Part shown: piece after piece, positions 1 to 13,559 of the stretch | Position numbering within the stretch: the first letter of the stretch is position 1 | How the letters are laid out: the number at the start of each line of letters is the position of its first letter | Origin: Azolla caroliniana | Taxonomy: Eukaryota > Plantae > Polypodiophyta | Length of the DNA stretch: 64,000 nt | Direction of reading: 5' to 3' | NCBI GenBank assembly: GCA_043228905.1 | Contig: JBHGNT010000005.1 | Location: forward strand, 18,972,001-19,036,000 | The notes under the pieces: model-generated | The model's database searches: none | Seen by the model: the letters and a program-made list of their open reading frames with translations, nothing else | Told to the model about the DNA's origin: nothing | Program-made: the position numbers and the translations under genes

Positions 1-36
1 TATTTAGATTTGGACTTCCCTTTTCATTTGTACCAG

Positions 37-3000
37 GAATTGATACAACAAATGGCAAATGTTGAATATACTGAAAATGTTACCGAGGAACAACTAGAAG
101 CCATGGCAGGTGGTGAAAACTTACGCTACCATGCAACATCATTCGGTGCAACAAGAAACAATAAGGTACTAAAAATGAAGGCAAAACAGTAATCTGTGTC
201 TTTATGTAGCCAGTCTATGATTCTTAATTATATTATGAAGTTTAGCCCAGAAACATGCATGGGGATTTTTACACACTCTTGGGCAACTGTATGCTTAAGT
301 TATTTCTGTCCCTTGAGTCTTTTCCATGGGGTTTAGTCAAGTTAATTGTACGAATAGGACATACTCATGAAAATAGCCAGATCTACAAGGGGCCAAAATG
401 TGTCAAATTATGATTACGAATATGGGTAACTTCAGGCTATCAATTTGAAACATTAATAAAAGCTCGTCCTCTGTTTGAAACTATCTTTTGAGAAGCTCAT
501 GCAATGGTCTTTGTGGGAAGTGCTTCTCTTGGGGCAATCCGAGTCTTTTCTGTATTGAGAGATAATAGGGACATCATATCTGATATTTTTATCTGGCATA
601 ACCATTTTGGCTAATTTATCTGAGTTCTTTATGTTGTTAACTAGTGTTGTTGTGGCTGTGCATTTCTTGAGAGTTTTCTGCCTGATTATCTCATCCATTA
701 GCTAGTACATGTACACTTACAGGCTTAAAAAATGCAGGATGCTCTATAAACAGAGTCTACAGAAACTCTGCCATCCATGGTTCACACCTCAGGATGCTGA
801 TTGCATGTTTGAGAAAAGTCTAATGGGATAATTTTGTAGAGATGTTTTCTTCCTTTGTTTTCTTTTGGAGGTTTCAGTGCCTATGGAAATATGGTTTGTA
901 TTTTTACAGGCTTTGTTCAAGTCAACAAACAGACTTCGGGATTCTCTTCTTTCTAAAGATGAGCCAAAACTTGCAGTACCACTCCTGATGTTGATTGCCC
1001 AACATAGATCAAAGTTAGTCTGAATAAATCCTTTTCTTTGACTTCATTGACATAAACTCAGTGTGGACATTCATTACATTGCAAATAAAGTCATAAAGTA
1101 TGTTTGGGCACACATACTGTGAATGAATATCTGTAATATCTAGAGTAAGAAATTCCATTTGTGTATGGAATATATTTCTACAATAGCTGATGCTGAATAT
1201 ATTTATTTGTTCACATTTGCACAACCTCAGGGTTGTAATAAATGCAGATGCACCATATATCAAAATGGTCAGTGAACAGTTTGATAGGTGCCATGGAACC
1301 CTTTTGCAGTTTGTGGAGTTTTTAACTAGCGCAGTCACACCTGCAGTTGCATATGCTCAGTTGGTTCCTCCATTGGATGAGATGCTTCACAAGTATCATA
1401 TTGAACCAGAGGTGGTTTTCCTGATACCTGTTAGCATGTTTTGAAATTAGATTTTTCTTTCTGAAAATACGTGATTATTTTCTCGTATTATTTTTTCTAG
1501 GTATGCTTTCTGATATACCGACCAGTCATGCGTTTATTCAAGGTAACTAGTACAGCTGAGTATATTGAGAATGGAAAAAGTTATCCACAGTCTTCTTCAG
1601 GCAGAGAAAACTGGCCGTTAAATTCAAGCAATGACCTGGTATTGGAACTGGGTCCCACTAGGAAACCCCTCATGTAAGTACAATGTCTATGGTTTGGTGG
1701 TCATCAATTATTAGAGGTTATTAAGCTTGAGTTATTCTTTAGAAAACCAAGCAAAGGCTGTTTTTCCTGATAGGGATGGAATCCTGTACCCATACCTCCT
1801 TCCCTATTACCAAAGGTGGCAGGGTTATCTGCGTTGTCTTAAATAATGAGTTGTACAAAATTCATTATTTTCATTCTCATATGACACATGATTTGAGTTT
1901 TGCTGAAATCAAAGTCTTCTTTTTATCGTCTGTTTCTTGAGCTTGTTTGATTGTTTTTTGGGAGATAAGATGATATAACCCTTTTCAAGAATCTGAGGAA
2001 CCTAGATCTTTGTTTTAGGTGGTCAGAACTACTGTCAACAGTACACTCCATTCTACCCTCAAAATCTTGGAATAGTCTCTCTCCTGAGCTTTATGCTACC
2101 TTTTGGGGTTTGTCATTACAAGATCTTTTTGTCCCAAGGAAACGGTATGAAGCAGAAATTGCAAAGCAACATGCAACATTAAAAGCATTAGAAGAGAACT
2201 CAGATAACTCACATGCTGCAATCACAAAACGCAAGAAAGACAAAGTGAAGATACAGGAGGTTTTAGATCGTTTATCTTCTGAATTAGAGCAACAGGAACA
2301 GAATGCTAAAGCAGTGCATCACCGACTCATTAAAGAGAAGGATTCATGGCTAACCTCGTGTCCAGACTTGGTAAAAGTCAACATGGAGTTTCTACAACGA
2401 TGTATATTCCCACGTTGTGTAGTTAGCATGATGGATGCTATTTACTGTGCTCGATTTGTTCACACCCTCCATTCCTTAGGGACACCTTTCTTCAATACAG
2501 TTAATCACATTGATGTCCTTATATGCAAAACACTACAACCTATGATCTGCAGCTGCACAGAATATGAGGCGGGCAGATTTGGGAGATTTTTGTGTGAAAC
2601 ATTAAAGATGGCGTACTATTGGAAGGTTTGTACTGGTTGCTTCATATCCATTTTGGATTGCCTTTGTTGATGTTTTCTCATGAGAGGTTCATTTCACAAA
2701 TAAAGAAAAGCTTATCTTCTGGTGATTGAATGTACAAACAGAGTCAAGAGGCAATATATGAGAAAGAGTGCGGTAATATGCCTGGCTTTGCTGTTCTATA
2801 TCGGGATCCAAACAGTGCTCGAGTAACCTTCAGCCAATATCTGAGGGTAATATAAACTTATACATATCATCAAATTTAAACACTTTTTAGAATTGTTTTG
2901 CTGTTTGAAATGGCATATCGTAATTCACAGATAGTCTATTGTTTATTCATAGCATTTAATTTTTCTCGTGAAAATGTGAGATGTTTCCATTAAGTATTCC

Positions 3001-6000
3001 CAGTAATTACCCTCTTCGAAGCAATTCACTTTTAGAAGTTTTTAATGCACTTCAGTTCTTTGGATATCTTCATGTTTGGTATTTGTATCATGAAGCTATG
3101 ATCAATGAAAGGCATGGGAAAATAAAACAGAGCACGTTAAATCATTAATGAGCATTATGGGTGTAAAGGCAAGGTTGAACATTGCCAACAACAGTTTTGT
3201 TTAGTGAATTCTAAGCCTTTTAATTTGACAACCCACACATCTAAATGCTGACACACCTGTTAGCTTTAAAGCCAACAGCCTTGAAGCAAATGAAGGACGG
3301 ACTTTGGTAGAGAACTCAGCCATGATGAATGAAACATATTGCTCTATTTTCCCCAATTACATGAAGGTTGCTTGTAAACATAAGTTTTCATACCATTCAT
3401 TCACCAAGTTGATCTTGAGATGTCTTTTGCTATGGGCCCGGTTCCGTTTGATTTCGTTGCCTTGAAATCAAACCATTTATTTAAAACAAAAACCAAACCA
3501 AACTGTTTATGAACTCTCAAGCCATGTAAAACCAAAATCATTAGGGAAAAGTTAAAACCAAACCGAACCATTTAATAAAAAGTTTAAACCTAACCATTTA
3601 AGTCAAACTTATTAAAAAACTAAATAAACAAAAATACATTAAATTAAATAAGGGTGTAAGATAAATTAATTAAATCATAAAATTAAATAGGCATTTAAGT
3701 TAAATTAATTAAATAAGAAAACATTAATTAAACCATTAAGGGAAAAAAAAGTTGAACCAAAAATCAATAAACCTTTAAACCAAACCACTTAATTAAATCA
3801 ATAAAAAAATTCAATTAAACCATTAAATTAATAAACCTTTAAACCAAACCACTTAAATGTATAAACCGATAAACTCAAGTTTTAGAACCCAACCAAACTA
3901 GATCGGAACTGTTTATTAATAATTCAAACCAAACCAAACCATTTAATTATTATGGAACTCATAAACCGGTTAGGTGTGAGGCAGAACCAGGCCCATAACT
4001 AGTTGTGTAATATTTTCCAACATGTGAACATTGTATAGTTTGTGGGGCGTGGAATTGGAACGCAAAGAATATGACTATTGTATCAAATCTGATAGTTTAT
4101 TATGTCGCCTCTGTTTTATTGAAAGAACATCACTTTTGTTCTTTCACATGTTCATGATAAAATGCTTCTAGCAGATAGCTTCTCAACATTACTAGAGGCT
4201 TTGCAAAAACTATTAAACATCATACATGATTATTAAGTTCAATAGATTGATGTGTCGATGCATAAATTCAGTATACAATGCTGTGAAATACATGGAGCAA
4301 GTATTTGGATGGTTTGAACAAATTATAACACATAATTAGTCAGAGTGATCCACACAACGCACTAGGGAGACCAACCAAATTATCTTCACTTGCCATGTCT
4401 ATTAATTGTAGGTACCTCTTGAGGAATTTGAATGGAAGGGTATGAAGTGTGAGGTGCTATTTATCAGATGGCATATGATGTGATTAGGTATCAGGCTGAC
4501 ATGTTCAGAATACAGGACAATGCATATGAATCCTTCATGTGATGTGATGTAATTTTGTTGCAGGCTTCTTTATTTTCTGATCATATCATTATCCTAAAAT
4601 GGCAGGTGCATATCAAGTGGAGCAATCGGATCACCAAATTGTTAGTTCAGTGTTTAGAATCATCAGAATACATTGAAATTCGGAATGCTCTTACTGTGCT
4701 GACTAAAATTTCAAGTGTCTTCCCGGTGATTAGAAAAACGGGGATTAATCTTGAAAGACGAGTGAGTGCATTTAGTGACATTGATTCCGTTGTTCGTTCT
4801 GTTGCATCTCCGGTGACTAACCAAAAAGGTTTTATTACAGGTTAGTAAAATTAAAGGAGATGAGAGGGAAGATCTGAAAGTGCTTGCTATCGGTGTTGCT
4901 GCTGCACTTGCTGCACGAAAGGTGTTTATTTGGATGATCTATGCTGATGTTTGAACATCAACATATTTATTTATTTACTGTTGATTCGAAAAATGGAATA
5001 TAATTTGATAAAGTGCAGCTGACTCTTTCAATTGAATGTATTTCATAACAAAAATATTATGTTAAATATTATTTGTTTTGCAGAGTTCTTGGGTCACCGA
5101 GGAAGAATTTGTGATGGGGGTAATAGATGTAAAGCCCACTGCTTCTCCTGCAAAGTTTTCTGGACTACCTTCAGCTTCTGCATCAACTGCCCTACTGGAA
5201 CATACTTTACAACAGAATGAATTGGCTGATCAAGGGAGAATATCTGTTGCGACAACTGATGGAGCTTTAGGTGATCAAGGAAGGGCTTTGCAAATCAAAG
5301 CTGATGTTGGACATCTACCAGCAAAGGCACCTGTAACTTCCAAAGAACATTATGTTTCTCTAGCTCAGGCAGCTGCTAATGCTCAGGCTGAAGCTTCTCA
5401 TTCTCTTTTAACAACTGCCAAACATATGGATGATGGGTCCTTGAGAGTAACTTCTAATGCACACTCGGTAGCTGCAGACGATAATGGCTCTAAAGCACTT
5501 CCGAAGACTGTCCAAGTTGAAAATGAGGTAGGATTAAGCAATAAAGAAAGATGTTTGTTTTGCTATATGGTCTACTGTACATCTTTGCATTCTTGATATT
5601 TTGAAGGTTCGACCAAAACGAGTCAATCAAAATATAACTGGTGTGACTGAGAATGCTCGTGCAGTCAAGTCGGAGACGATTAAAGATGGCATTAATGTCT
5701 CTGACCGTGATGCTGTGACCCGAGTACAGGAAAGTGTCAGACAGCGACCTGGTAGCACTACGGTTGTAACAAATGGTGCTGCTATAACTACCTCAGTTGC
5801 AAGTAAGAGTAATGTTGGTGATAAGAAAGGACCTGAGTCTTCTACTAAGGTTAGATCAGGTGCTGATATAACAGTTGATGGTGAGGGTAAAAAACTTCTT
5901 GATGTCAAGCATGGTGGCGATCGTGAAGCAGAGACATCTGAAGCTCCTGCCAGACGTACCTCAAAATCACCACTTCGGGAAGACACAGGCCTTATGAGAT

Positions 6001-7338
6001 CAATTGAGGAGATGCCTAAGGAAAAAATTACCAAAAGATCCACCTTGGTCGATGAGATTGATAGGACAACTAAACGTAGGAAGAGTGAAGGTACTGATAA
6101 AACCAGTGATGTACTTGAATACCGAGTAGGTGATCGAGAAAGAACACAACAAGATCAGCGAATAGGTGAGAGGCCACGATCAGTAGAGCATGAGAAAACC
6201 TTGTATGATGAGAAACTAACATATGATAAACCTTTGGACGGTAGAGTTGAGCGTTCAAGAGAGAGAGTAGCTGACAGGGCTGATCGTGATCATAGAGGGG
6301 AAAGAACAATAGAAAGGCAAGACAGGGCACGTGATGATGAACGATCTAGGGGTAGATCTATGGAGAGATTTGTGCGAGAGAGATCTATTGAAAAAGCATC
6401 TGGTTTTGATAGACCTGGTGATAGAAGCCGAGAAGAGAGATTGAAAGAAGAAAGAGCTAGACCAAGGTATACAGAGCAAACTGCGGAACAGCCTCATCCA
6501 GATGATCGTTTTCCGATGCAAAACTTACCACCTCCCCCACCACTTCCCCCTAATGTTGTTCCTCAGTCTTTGACATCAAATAGAAGAGAGGAAGAAGAAT
6601 CTCGCAGGACTGGTCGACAGCCTGGAAGGACATCACCTCGGAAGGATGATAAGTCTGAAAAAAAGCGTGAAGAGGGCTCTGTGAATTCAGTTGAAGATTT
6701 GAGGAAGAAGGATGAAGATACCCGAGAGAGAAAACGGGAAGATAGAGAGTTGCTTTCTGCCAAGGTAGCACGTATATTAAGTTTTCATTCTCCTTTTTGC
6801 GGTGAACATTTCTAAATCAATGCATTGCTATCTAGGCTGATAAAGATAGAGAGAGGGACCGTGACAAAGAGAAAGCAATCTTAGTTAAAGAAGAAGATAG
6901 TGCAGCTGCTATTTCTAAGAGGAGGCGTCTCAAACGTGACCATATTTCCTCAGAGATACCATCAAACTTTGGTCCCTCACCACCACCACCTCCCCCGCCT
7001 CCAACTGTATCAGTACAACAATATGATCGTGAAAGGGATAGGAAAAGTGCTGTTGCTATGAGGAGTGTTTATGAAGAGTCTAGCTATGATAAAGGGCCAA
7101 GTAGCAGAGTTCATGGCAAGGATGTTGGAAAAATTGCACGAAGAGATCATGAACAGTATCCTCATTCATTTTTAGTGTAAATATTATACTGAAGCGGGCA
7201 AATGTTTCTGATCTCTTGCAGTTTGCTCTCAGATAACATATTTTATTTCCTTGACTAATTACTAGAACATATGAACGTGAGTGGGATGAAGAAAAGCGAT
7301 CCCGAGGCGATATAAAGCGTCGACATCATCGTAAGTGA
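37..7338 (+). CDS. THO2: THO complex subunit 2, 3' portion (5' end outside window); exons 37-165, 910-1013, 1231-1411, 1501-1673, 2019-2625, 2742-2846, 4606-4761, 4841-4921, 5084-5527, 5607-6764, 6836-7155, 7266-7338
   Basis: Spliced frame is continuous across GT-AG junctions. Motifs ENVTEEQLEAMAGGENLR, WNSLSPELYATFWGL, FLQRCIFPRC, YEKECGNMPGF, EIRNALTVLTKISSVFP, then an R/E/D-rich tail ending YEREWDEEKR...RHHRK*. Confidence 0.93.
3431..3997. mobile_element. MITE-like non-autonomous DNA element in THO2 intron
   Basis: Terminal inverted repeats TATGGGCCCGGTTC (3431-3444) / GAACCAGGCCCATA (3984-3997), 13/14 match. Very AT-rich interior with many AAACC(A/G)AACC motifs. No clear TSD. Confidence 0.6.
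7156..7265 (+). other. U12-type (minor spliceosome) GT-AG intron, last intron of THO2
   Basis: 5' site GTATCCTCA; branch point TTCCTTGAC at 7247-7255, 10 nt before the 3' end; no polypyrimidine tract. Splicing restores the frame (CA|A ACA TAT GAA CGT GAG TGG). Confidence 0.85.
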
Positions 7339-8953
7339 AAAACTTTCATGTAATGCTTGATGTCTCTTTTTGTTGTCATCTCCATCCCATATATCAGTTT
7401 TTGGTCGTTTGGTGGGTGTAAAAAATATGTTTTGAATTCCTGGTTTCTTTCGTTTGACTCTTTCACAGAAACTATTCAGATTTCATTACAATGGAATCTT
7501 AGATTAAAGACCTATAATATGGGTTCATGTATTATGTTGAACAAAATGGTTGAGGTGAAATATCGCTGTATCCATAGGGTACAAATTAAACAAGGAGAAC
7601 TGCTGTGTCTATTTATATAAGTAGCCATATATTCGTGGTTACAGTGTTTAGACTGAGTTGCATGTCGAGGGTCATATCTCCATTAATTATTTTCATTAGT
7701 CATCCAATCTCACTAAAATAAAATGAAATCAATGAGATCTATATGTTGCATGTGTTTTTTTGTCGTGATATCTTAATTGAATATTTGAAGAAGGTTGCTC
7801 AACAATATGTTCTCTACATTTTGAAATTGTTGTAGGTTAGGTGATGAATGGAGACAAATTTATTGCTCCAATGATTTCATGTTCATGAGAGCAGCTGGCT
7901 ACCACGAGTGCTCTGCATTAATCACACAACCATAATGACATTTCTATATTAAAGTGGTTAATAACAATCACGAGGGCTTGTCATTGCTTGTGCTGGACAT
8001 TGGAAGGATTATATAGTCAATATTCACCCTTGTAACATGAACAGAGGGAGGATGACATTCCAAGCTACAGCTTGGTCGCCAGTTCATTGTATTGTACTAA
8101 ACGATTCCATATCGAAATTGTATACATAATTTTCCCTTGGTCTCATATATTTTTTCAATTTTGTGAGTAATGAGTCCTTGATATTGGAAATTCATGTCTT
8201 GGAAGAGCTGATGAGCCAATTCTAGTGCTTGTTGGATTTTTTGCTAAGATCCTATGCCATGTGCAAGTTGAAATATACTATGTTCCCTTAATACTTCTCA
8301 AATACCCAGTATTTGCCAGAAATAGTTCGTAGAAACATCAGTTTATTGCTAGTACCTGTTCTTGATATTGAACTTTCATCAATATTGCTAGTGTCATACT
8401 TGTTATTGATTTCTCTAAACCAACAAAAAGTGCTTATGTTATAGTTGCCAGACTAAAAACCGAAGACTTTTGTTTGTTTCATATATTTTGATTGTTTGTT
8501 TTGAAATGTCATTTTGACTTGAAATTTTTATTTTGTTTTCACATTGAGATAGCCATTGGTGTGTCACATGATAAGTGTGGCAATTGTACTGCAGTGATGA
8601 AGACTATAATACTGATAGGATTATGGTATGTTATAGCATGAACACTTGATGTCCGGATGGTGTTTAACAGTTAATAGCTAGATGTGGCTATATTAGACAG
8701 TCCATATAAATATTACTTTGGCACATCACATCCAGATGTGGCCAATATGCCACTCAAAAGAATTTAAAGATCTCAATGTGGCTTGGTATCTTTGAGAACA
8801 AATAACCTAATGCTGTTTAAAAGATAGATTTTGCACCAGAACCATTCAGGACAATGTACACTTATACTTCCATATAACAAACATGCTGTCAAGAAAAAAC
8901 GACATTATAACTACCTTCACACAATTATCAAGCAATAATGTGAAAATGGCAAT

Positions 8954-11900
8954 CTATGCAGATACATATAGAGAGTCTGGAATCAACACACTACTACCAG
9001 TAGTCTTTCGCGACTCCAAGTCTATATGTGCTTGTCCAGCCAAAGATAGGGGGTATTTATTGTTTACTCGAACTTTCAGTACTCCATTTGCTACATTCTC
9101 TAGCATTTCTCCAGCTGTAGCAAGGAGTTCATCTCGAGTTGCCGTATAATGCATCATACTTGGCCTTGTCAGAAACAGGGACTTTGGCTGAAGAGCCGAT
9201 ACTGCTATGGGATCAGGAACCCCTGATGATTGACCATAGCTCACCATATACCCACGATAAGCAAGACAATCTAATGACCCCTGAAAAACCAAAAGTGAAT
9301 ACGTTGGCATGTTAATAATGTCTGGAAAACTGATACTAGAGGTTGGGCCTCTAATGCGTGAATTCACGTTTATATGAAGGCAGGTGACATTTGAACTGAT
9401 GATAGGTATGTTCATATATATGTATATCAACAAGCCCATATTATTGCATGTAAATAATTGCTAAATGCTTTTTTAATATATCATTTTCAGCAGAATGTCA
9501 AGGGAGCTAAACATCTGATATTTGGTTTCAGAGAAAGGGCCCAATCCACTAGTGTTTAGGATTTAGGTAAGTCTGAGGGTTTGGGTTAGGGGTTATTGGT
9601 AAAACTTCGAGCTTAGGTCTTACGGCTTATGGTTTATTGGTAAAGGTTAAACCATGCATGCCTTCTAGCATGATTCAAGCTAACCTGAAATGTGTCCTTT
9701 CCCACCGAATCATAAACCACCTCCACTCCTTTTCCATTTGTTATTGCTTTCACACGGTCCACGAAATTCTCATCTTTATAGAGGATAGTATGGTGGCATC
9801 CATCTTCTAGGGCCTGGGTTGCTTTTTCTTTGGTTGACACAGTACCGATGACAGTGGCTCCCAATGCACGACCCCATTGACATAGAAGGGAACCCACCCC
9901 GCCCGCGGCAGCATGTACAAGGATTACGTGCCCTGGTTGCACCTGCAGGGAAAGATTTTTCGTATGCATTTATTAACCAATATTCAATGTCACATTTCTG
10001 CCTTGATTGATCAGGGGCAGATCTTGCTGAATAGCTATTTAAAAAAGTTAGAAACTTTTGGCTACATTTCTATGACTAGTGGTTTGGAAAACTTTCAAAG
10101 GATTTGCTAGCACAGTATTCGCCCAAAAGAAAGTAAAAAAGAAGCTTACCTGGAAGCAACGACGAAGTAGAAATTGTGCAGTCATACCCTTTAGCATGAC
10201 AGCAGATGCTGTCACAAAATCAACTGACGGGGGTATGGGCACAACATTATGTGCCGGTAGAATCTGCTCCTCTGCATATGACCCCATCGGTCTACCTGCA
10301 TATGCCACTCTGTCACCGACTTTTCTACCAGTCAACCCGGGTCCAACAGCGGTAATAACTCCTGCTGCTTCCATGCCTACAAATATGGATGTCAGGACTT
10401 TAAGAGACAGTAAAAATAAGCTAAGAAAGAATGGCAGATATATTAATTTGAATTTGGATCCTGGAAAAACCCAACACTTATTGTAAGCTAGACTTGGTGG
10501 TGTGGATCCCAAATTCCATCGTAAGTTACTTGTTGTGGTGTTTATTCTTTCGTAATGCAAGATATTATTTACGAACCTGGTTTGGCCTCATAAGAGGACA
10601 ACGTGGTCAATGAGACTTAATCAGATATCACATCTTGAAAATGTCATCTCACCTTGAATAACAACCAAGAGAAATACTAATATAGAACAGTTAATAAAAC
10701 TGCCATTCAACACTCCTGAGAAAAATTATAGGTATTGCATTTTGAGAAATGGAAACGGTCTACATCTTATAATCATGAAAACAAGTGCCATGTTTCGATA
10801 AAATTTAATTGGGCATTGTGAAAGATTCTCTCAAAGAGAAATACTACAGGTTATAGGTTTTAGTTCACACAGTGCAATTGGGATATGGAAGAGAAAAATC
10901 TTTGATGTTGATGGTTCCATCTCTAGCTTTATTATTGATTTCCACTCAAGGTTATTGCATGTGCGGACTGTGCACATTGCACTTATCATCTATGAATATA
11001 TACATAAATAAGATAATTATGGTGGGATAAGATGGCCGATTGGGCTTCATAAATCCATGCATACCAGGAGTAAATGGAAGCTCTGCCTTGTAGAGACCAG
11101 TACGGAAATAGACATCGATGAAATTTACACCTATAGCATTGTTCTTCACTCGCACTTCTCCCTCTCCTGGTTCACCCACTTCCACATCCTCGAGTTGGAG
11201 TACCTAATACTAACACAAGATTATATAATGGCAAATGGAAAAAGTGCAAAAGTGAGAGAAGATTACCCTAAATATATGCAATAGAAATCACTCACTAACC
11301 TATGGGTAAGCACAAAACTCATGTATCTGCTAGTTATAATCAATAAATAACCTATATCTTCAAGCTAACATGCCATCACATTTGAATGTAAATTTATGCA
11401 TATTAGTGACATAAAAAACATTAGCTTCACATATTCTAAACTAGATTCATAAATGTTTGCAGAAAATTTTCTTTTCTTCTGGTGAACAAGTTCAACGTAA
11501 CTATCTAATGTATCTATCAAAGAAAGCATATCTATCCAAGAAACTGTCAAAAACCTCTGTATTTTCACCATGAACTGAGAAATACCCAAATTCATGAACT
11601 GAGAATGCATATAGCCACTTTTCCATAATCCAATTTCATGAATTAAAGGTGTATATATGGTCAGCTTTTTACCAGCCAGTTTGTATGAACCGAGGGATGC
11701 ATCTGCTCCCTCCTATGGCTGTTTTATTCATATCTGGGGGGTCCATGCACCATGGACAAACGCAGGTATAATTACCTTGCCCTCTTGTCCTCATCACCTG
11801 ATTATGCACAATTTCCAATCCACGACATGGGGATGGATGGATCCCATTCCAGATATTGGCCCATTTCTAGGTCAGTCTACACCTCAGGGCAGAAACAACA

Positions 11901-12672
11901 AAGTGTATTAGCACAATCTGAGATATGTTGGAATTGCCCTGTGCAACCCATTCTAATACCAGGTTTCATGAAGTAATGAGGGAGTAATCCAATTCCAAAC
12001 ATTGGCATTTCTTAGTTACGCCTGGACCTTGGGGCAGAAACAACCGCCTGTTTTGAACCAAGTTTCATGAACTGCGGATATTATCATGTCTGGACTTCCT
12101 AATAGCCAGTTTCATATGATCACTTTACCCAATTACGTGAATTGATCTGGTCATCTTCTCAACACCCAGATTCATGAAGTCAGGATCAATCTAGTAACAT
12201 GTCGACATCCAATTTTATTTACATCTGGTCACATTTTCAACACCCAAACTTTGTGAATTGAGGAACGAATCTGCTCACATCTCAATGCCCAATTCAACGA
12301 ACCAAGAAATGTGCCTTCTTAGCACCGAATTTCATCACCTGGAAAATGCATATCTCATCCTTCAAGAAACACCCAGTCCGGTGAACCGAAGATGCATATA
12401 TACGGTCATCTTCTTAATCTCCAATTTCATGAACCAGAATTGCGCCATTCTATGAAGAGATTTGAGAAGAAGAAAATAAAGATTCAGATGATCAACTTTA
12501 CCTGGTGATCTCCGAGCTCATGAACACGGATTGCTTTGCAGGTAACCATGGCGGAAACACAAAGGGAGTAGGACCTCTGAAACCTCACCCTCCTGCTAGA
12601 GGGCAGAAGAGAACCAGATCTCAGGAAGGAGAAGCAAGAGGAGAAGATGGGTTTATATAGGCATATTTCCAT
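8954..12672 (-). CDS. NADPH:quinone oxidoreductase (zeta-crystallin/QOR, MDR superfamily); exons 12672(or 12549)-12502, 11203-11065, 10376-10150, 9942-9685, 9280-8954
   Basis: Motifs KAIRVHELG, IGVNFIDVYFRTGLY, PFTPGMEAAG, HAAAGGVG, VVYDSVGKDTF, SLFLTRPS, LESRKTTGS. All introns are GT-AG with compatible phases. Confidence 0.92.
11560..12450. repeat. Highly degenerate ~45-bp tandem array in QOR intron 1
   Basis: Recurrent core CC(C)ARWTTCATGAAY at about 11585, 11629, 11676, 11958, 12058, 12165, 12243, 12288, 12373 and 12421, often preceded by GGTCA-pyrimidine. Confidence 0.5.
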
Positions 12673-12981
12673 TCCTTATGGTAAAAGGCCTTTCCTTTAG
12701 GAGTACTAACCTGTAGTGAAGAGAAAACAAGACAAGACATAAAAGGAGAGGAGAAGAGACCCAATGGAGACTAGAAGGTCATGGGTTCAAGCCCTACTTT
12801 CCACCATGGCATTTCGTGAATTAATATGTAAGGAATAATATCTCGAGAGGTGAGAAATTTGGGTTTCGACCCGAAGATGTAGTGCTAGTAGTTATTATAC
12901 CAATCAATGTCCGGAGACACTGTCCCATGGCTATGCCAAGCTCTTATCTTGCCCACCCAAAATACATGTGCATGTAAATAC

Positions 12982-13363
12982 CTCAGCTCAGCAATTTTCG
13001 GTATGGTTATAGTTAGGGATCTTGGAGTAGAAAGCGCTTGTGCTTAGCTCGCCAATTTTTGATATGGTTATAGTTAGGGATCTTGGAGTAGAAAGCGCTT
13101 GTGCTTAGCTCGCCAATTTTCGATATGGTTATAGTTACGGATCTCGGAGTAGAAAGCGCTTGTGCTTAGCTCGCCAATTTTCGATATGGTTATAGTTAGG
13201 GATCTCGGAGTAGAAAGCGCTTGTGCTTAGCTCGCCAATTTTCGATATGGTTATAGTTAGGGATCTTGGAGTAGAAAGTGCTTGTGCTTAGTTCAACAAT
13301 TTTCGATATGGTTGTAGTTAGGAATCTTGGAGTAGAAAGCGCTTGTGCTTAGCTTGGCAATTT
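12982..13363. repeat. 61-bp minisatellite, about 6 copies
   Basis: Unit GCTCGCCAATTTTCGATATGGTTATAGTTAGGGATCTYGGAGTAGAAAGCGCTTGTGCTTA repeated head-to-tail with few substitutions and no spacers. Confidence 0.95.
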
Positions 13364-13559
13364 ATATGACATTGAAGAGAATATCCAATTGGATGACCTA
13401 GTGGGAACCCTTTTTCTCCACACATAAAAAGATGAAAGTTAGGACATAGAATAGGGTCTTGTAGTTATTTTAAACATATCATTCTCTGTAAACTGGCTCT
13501 GTCTTATTGCATAACAATTTTAAGTAACGTTAACGTGATACTTAGTAAGTGTACTATCT

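Noticed and set aside
13005-13020. rRNA fragment (TAACTATAAC on the minus strand resembles a large-subunit rRNA motif)
   Set aside because: The match is only about 10 nt and does not extend.
12982-13363. CRISPR array
   Set aside because: Units are contiguous near-identical 61-mers with no unique spacers, there are no cas genes, and the context is eukaryotic.
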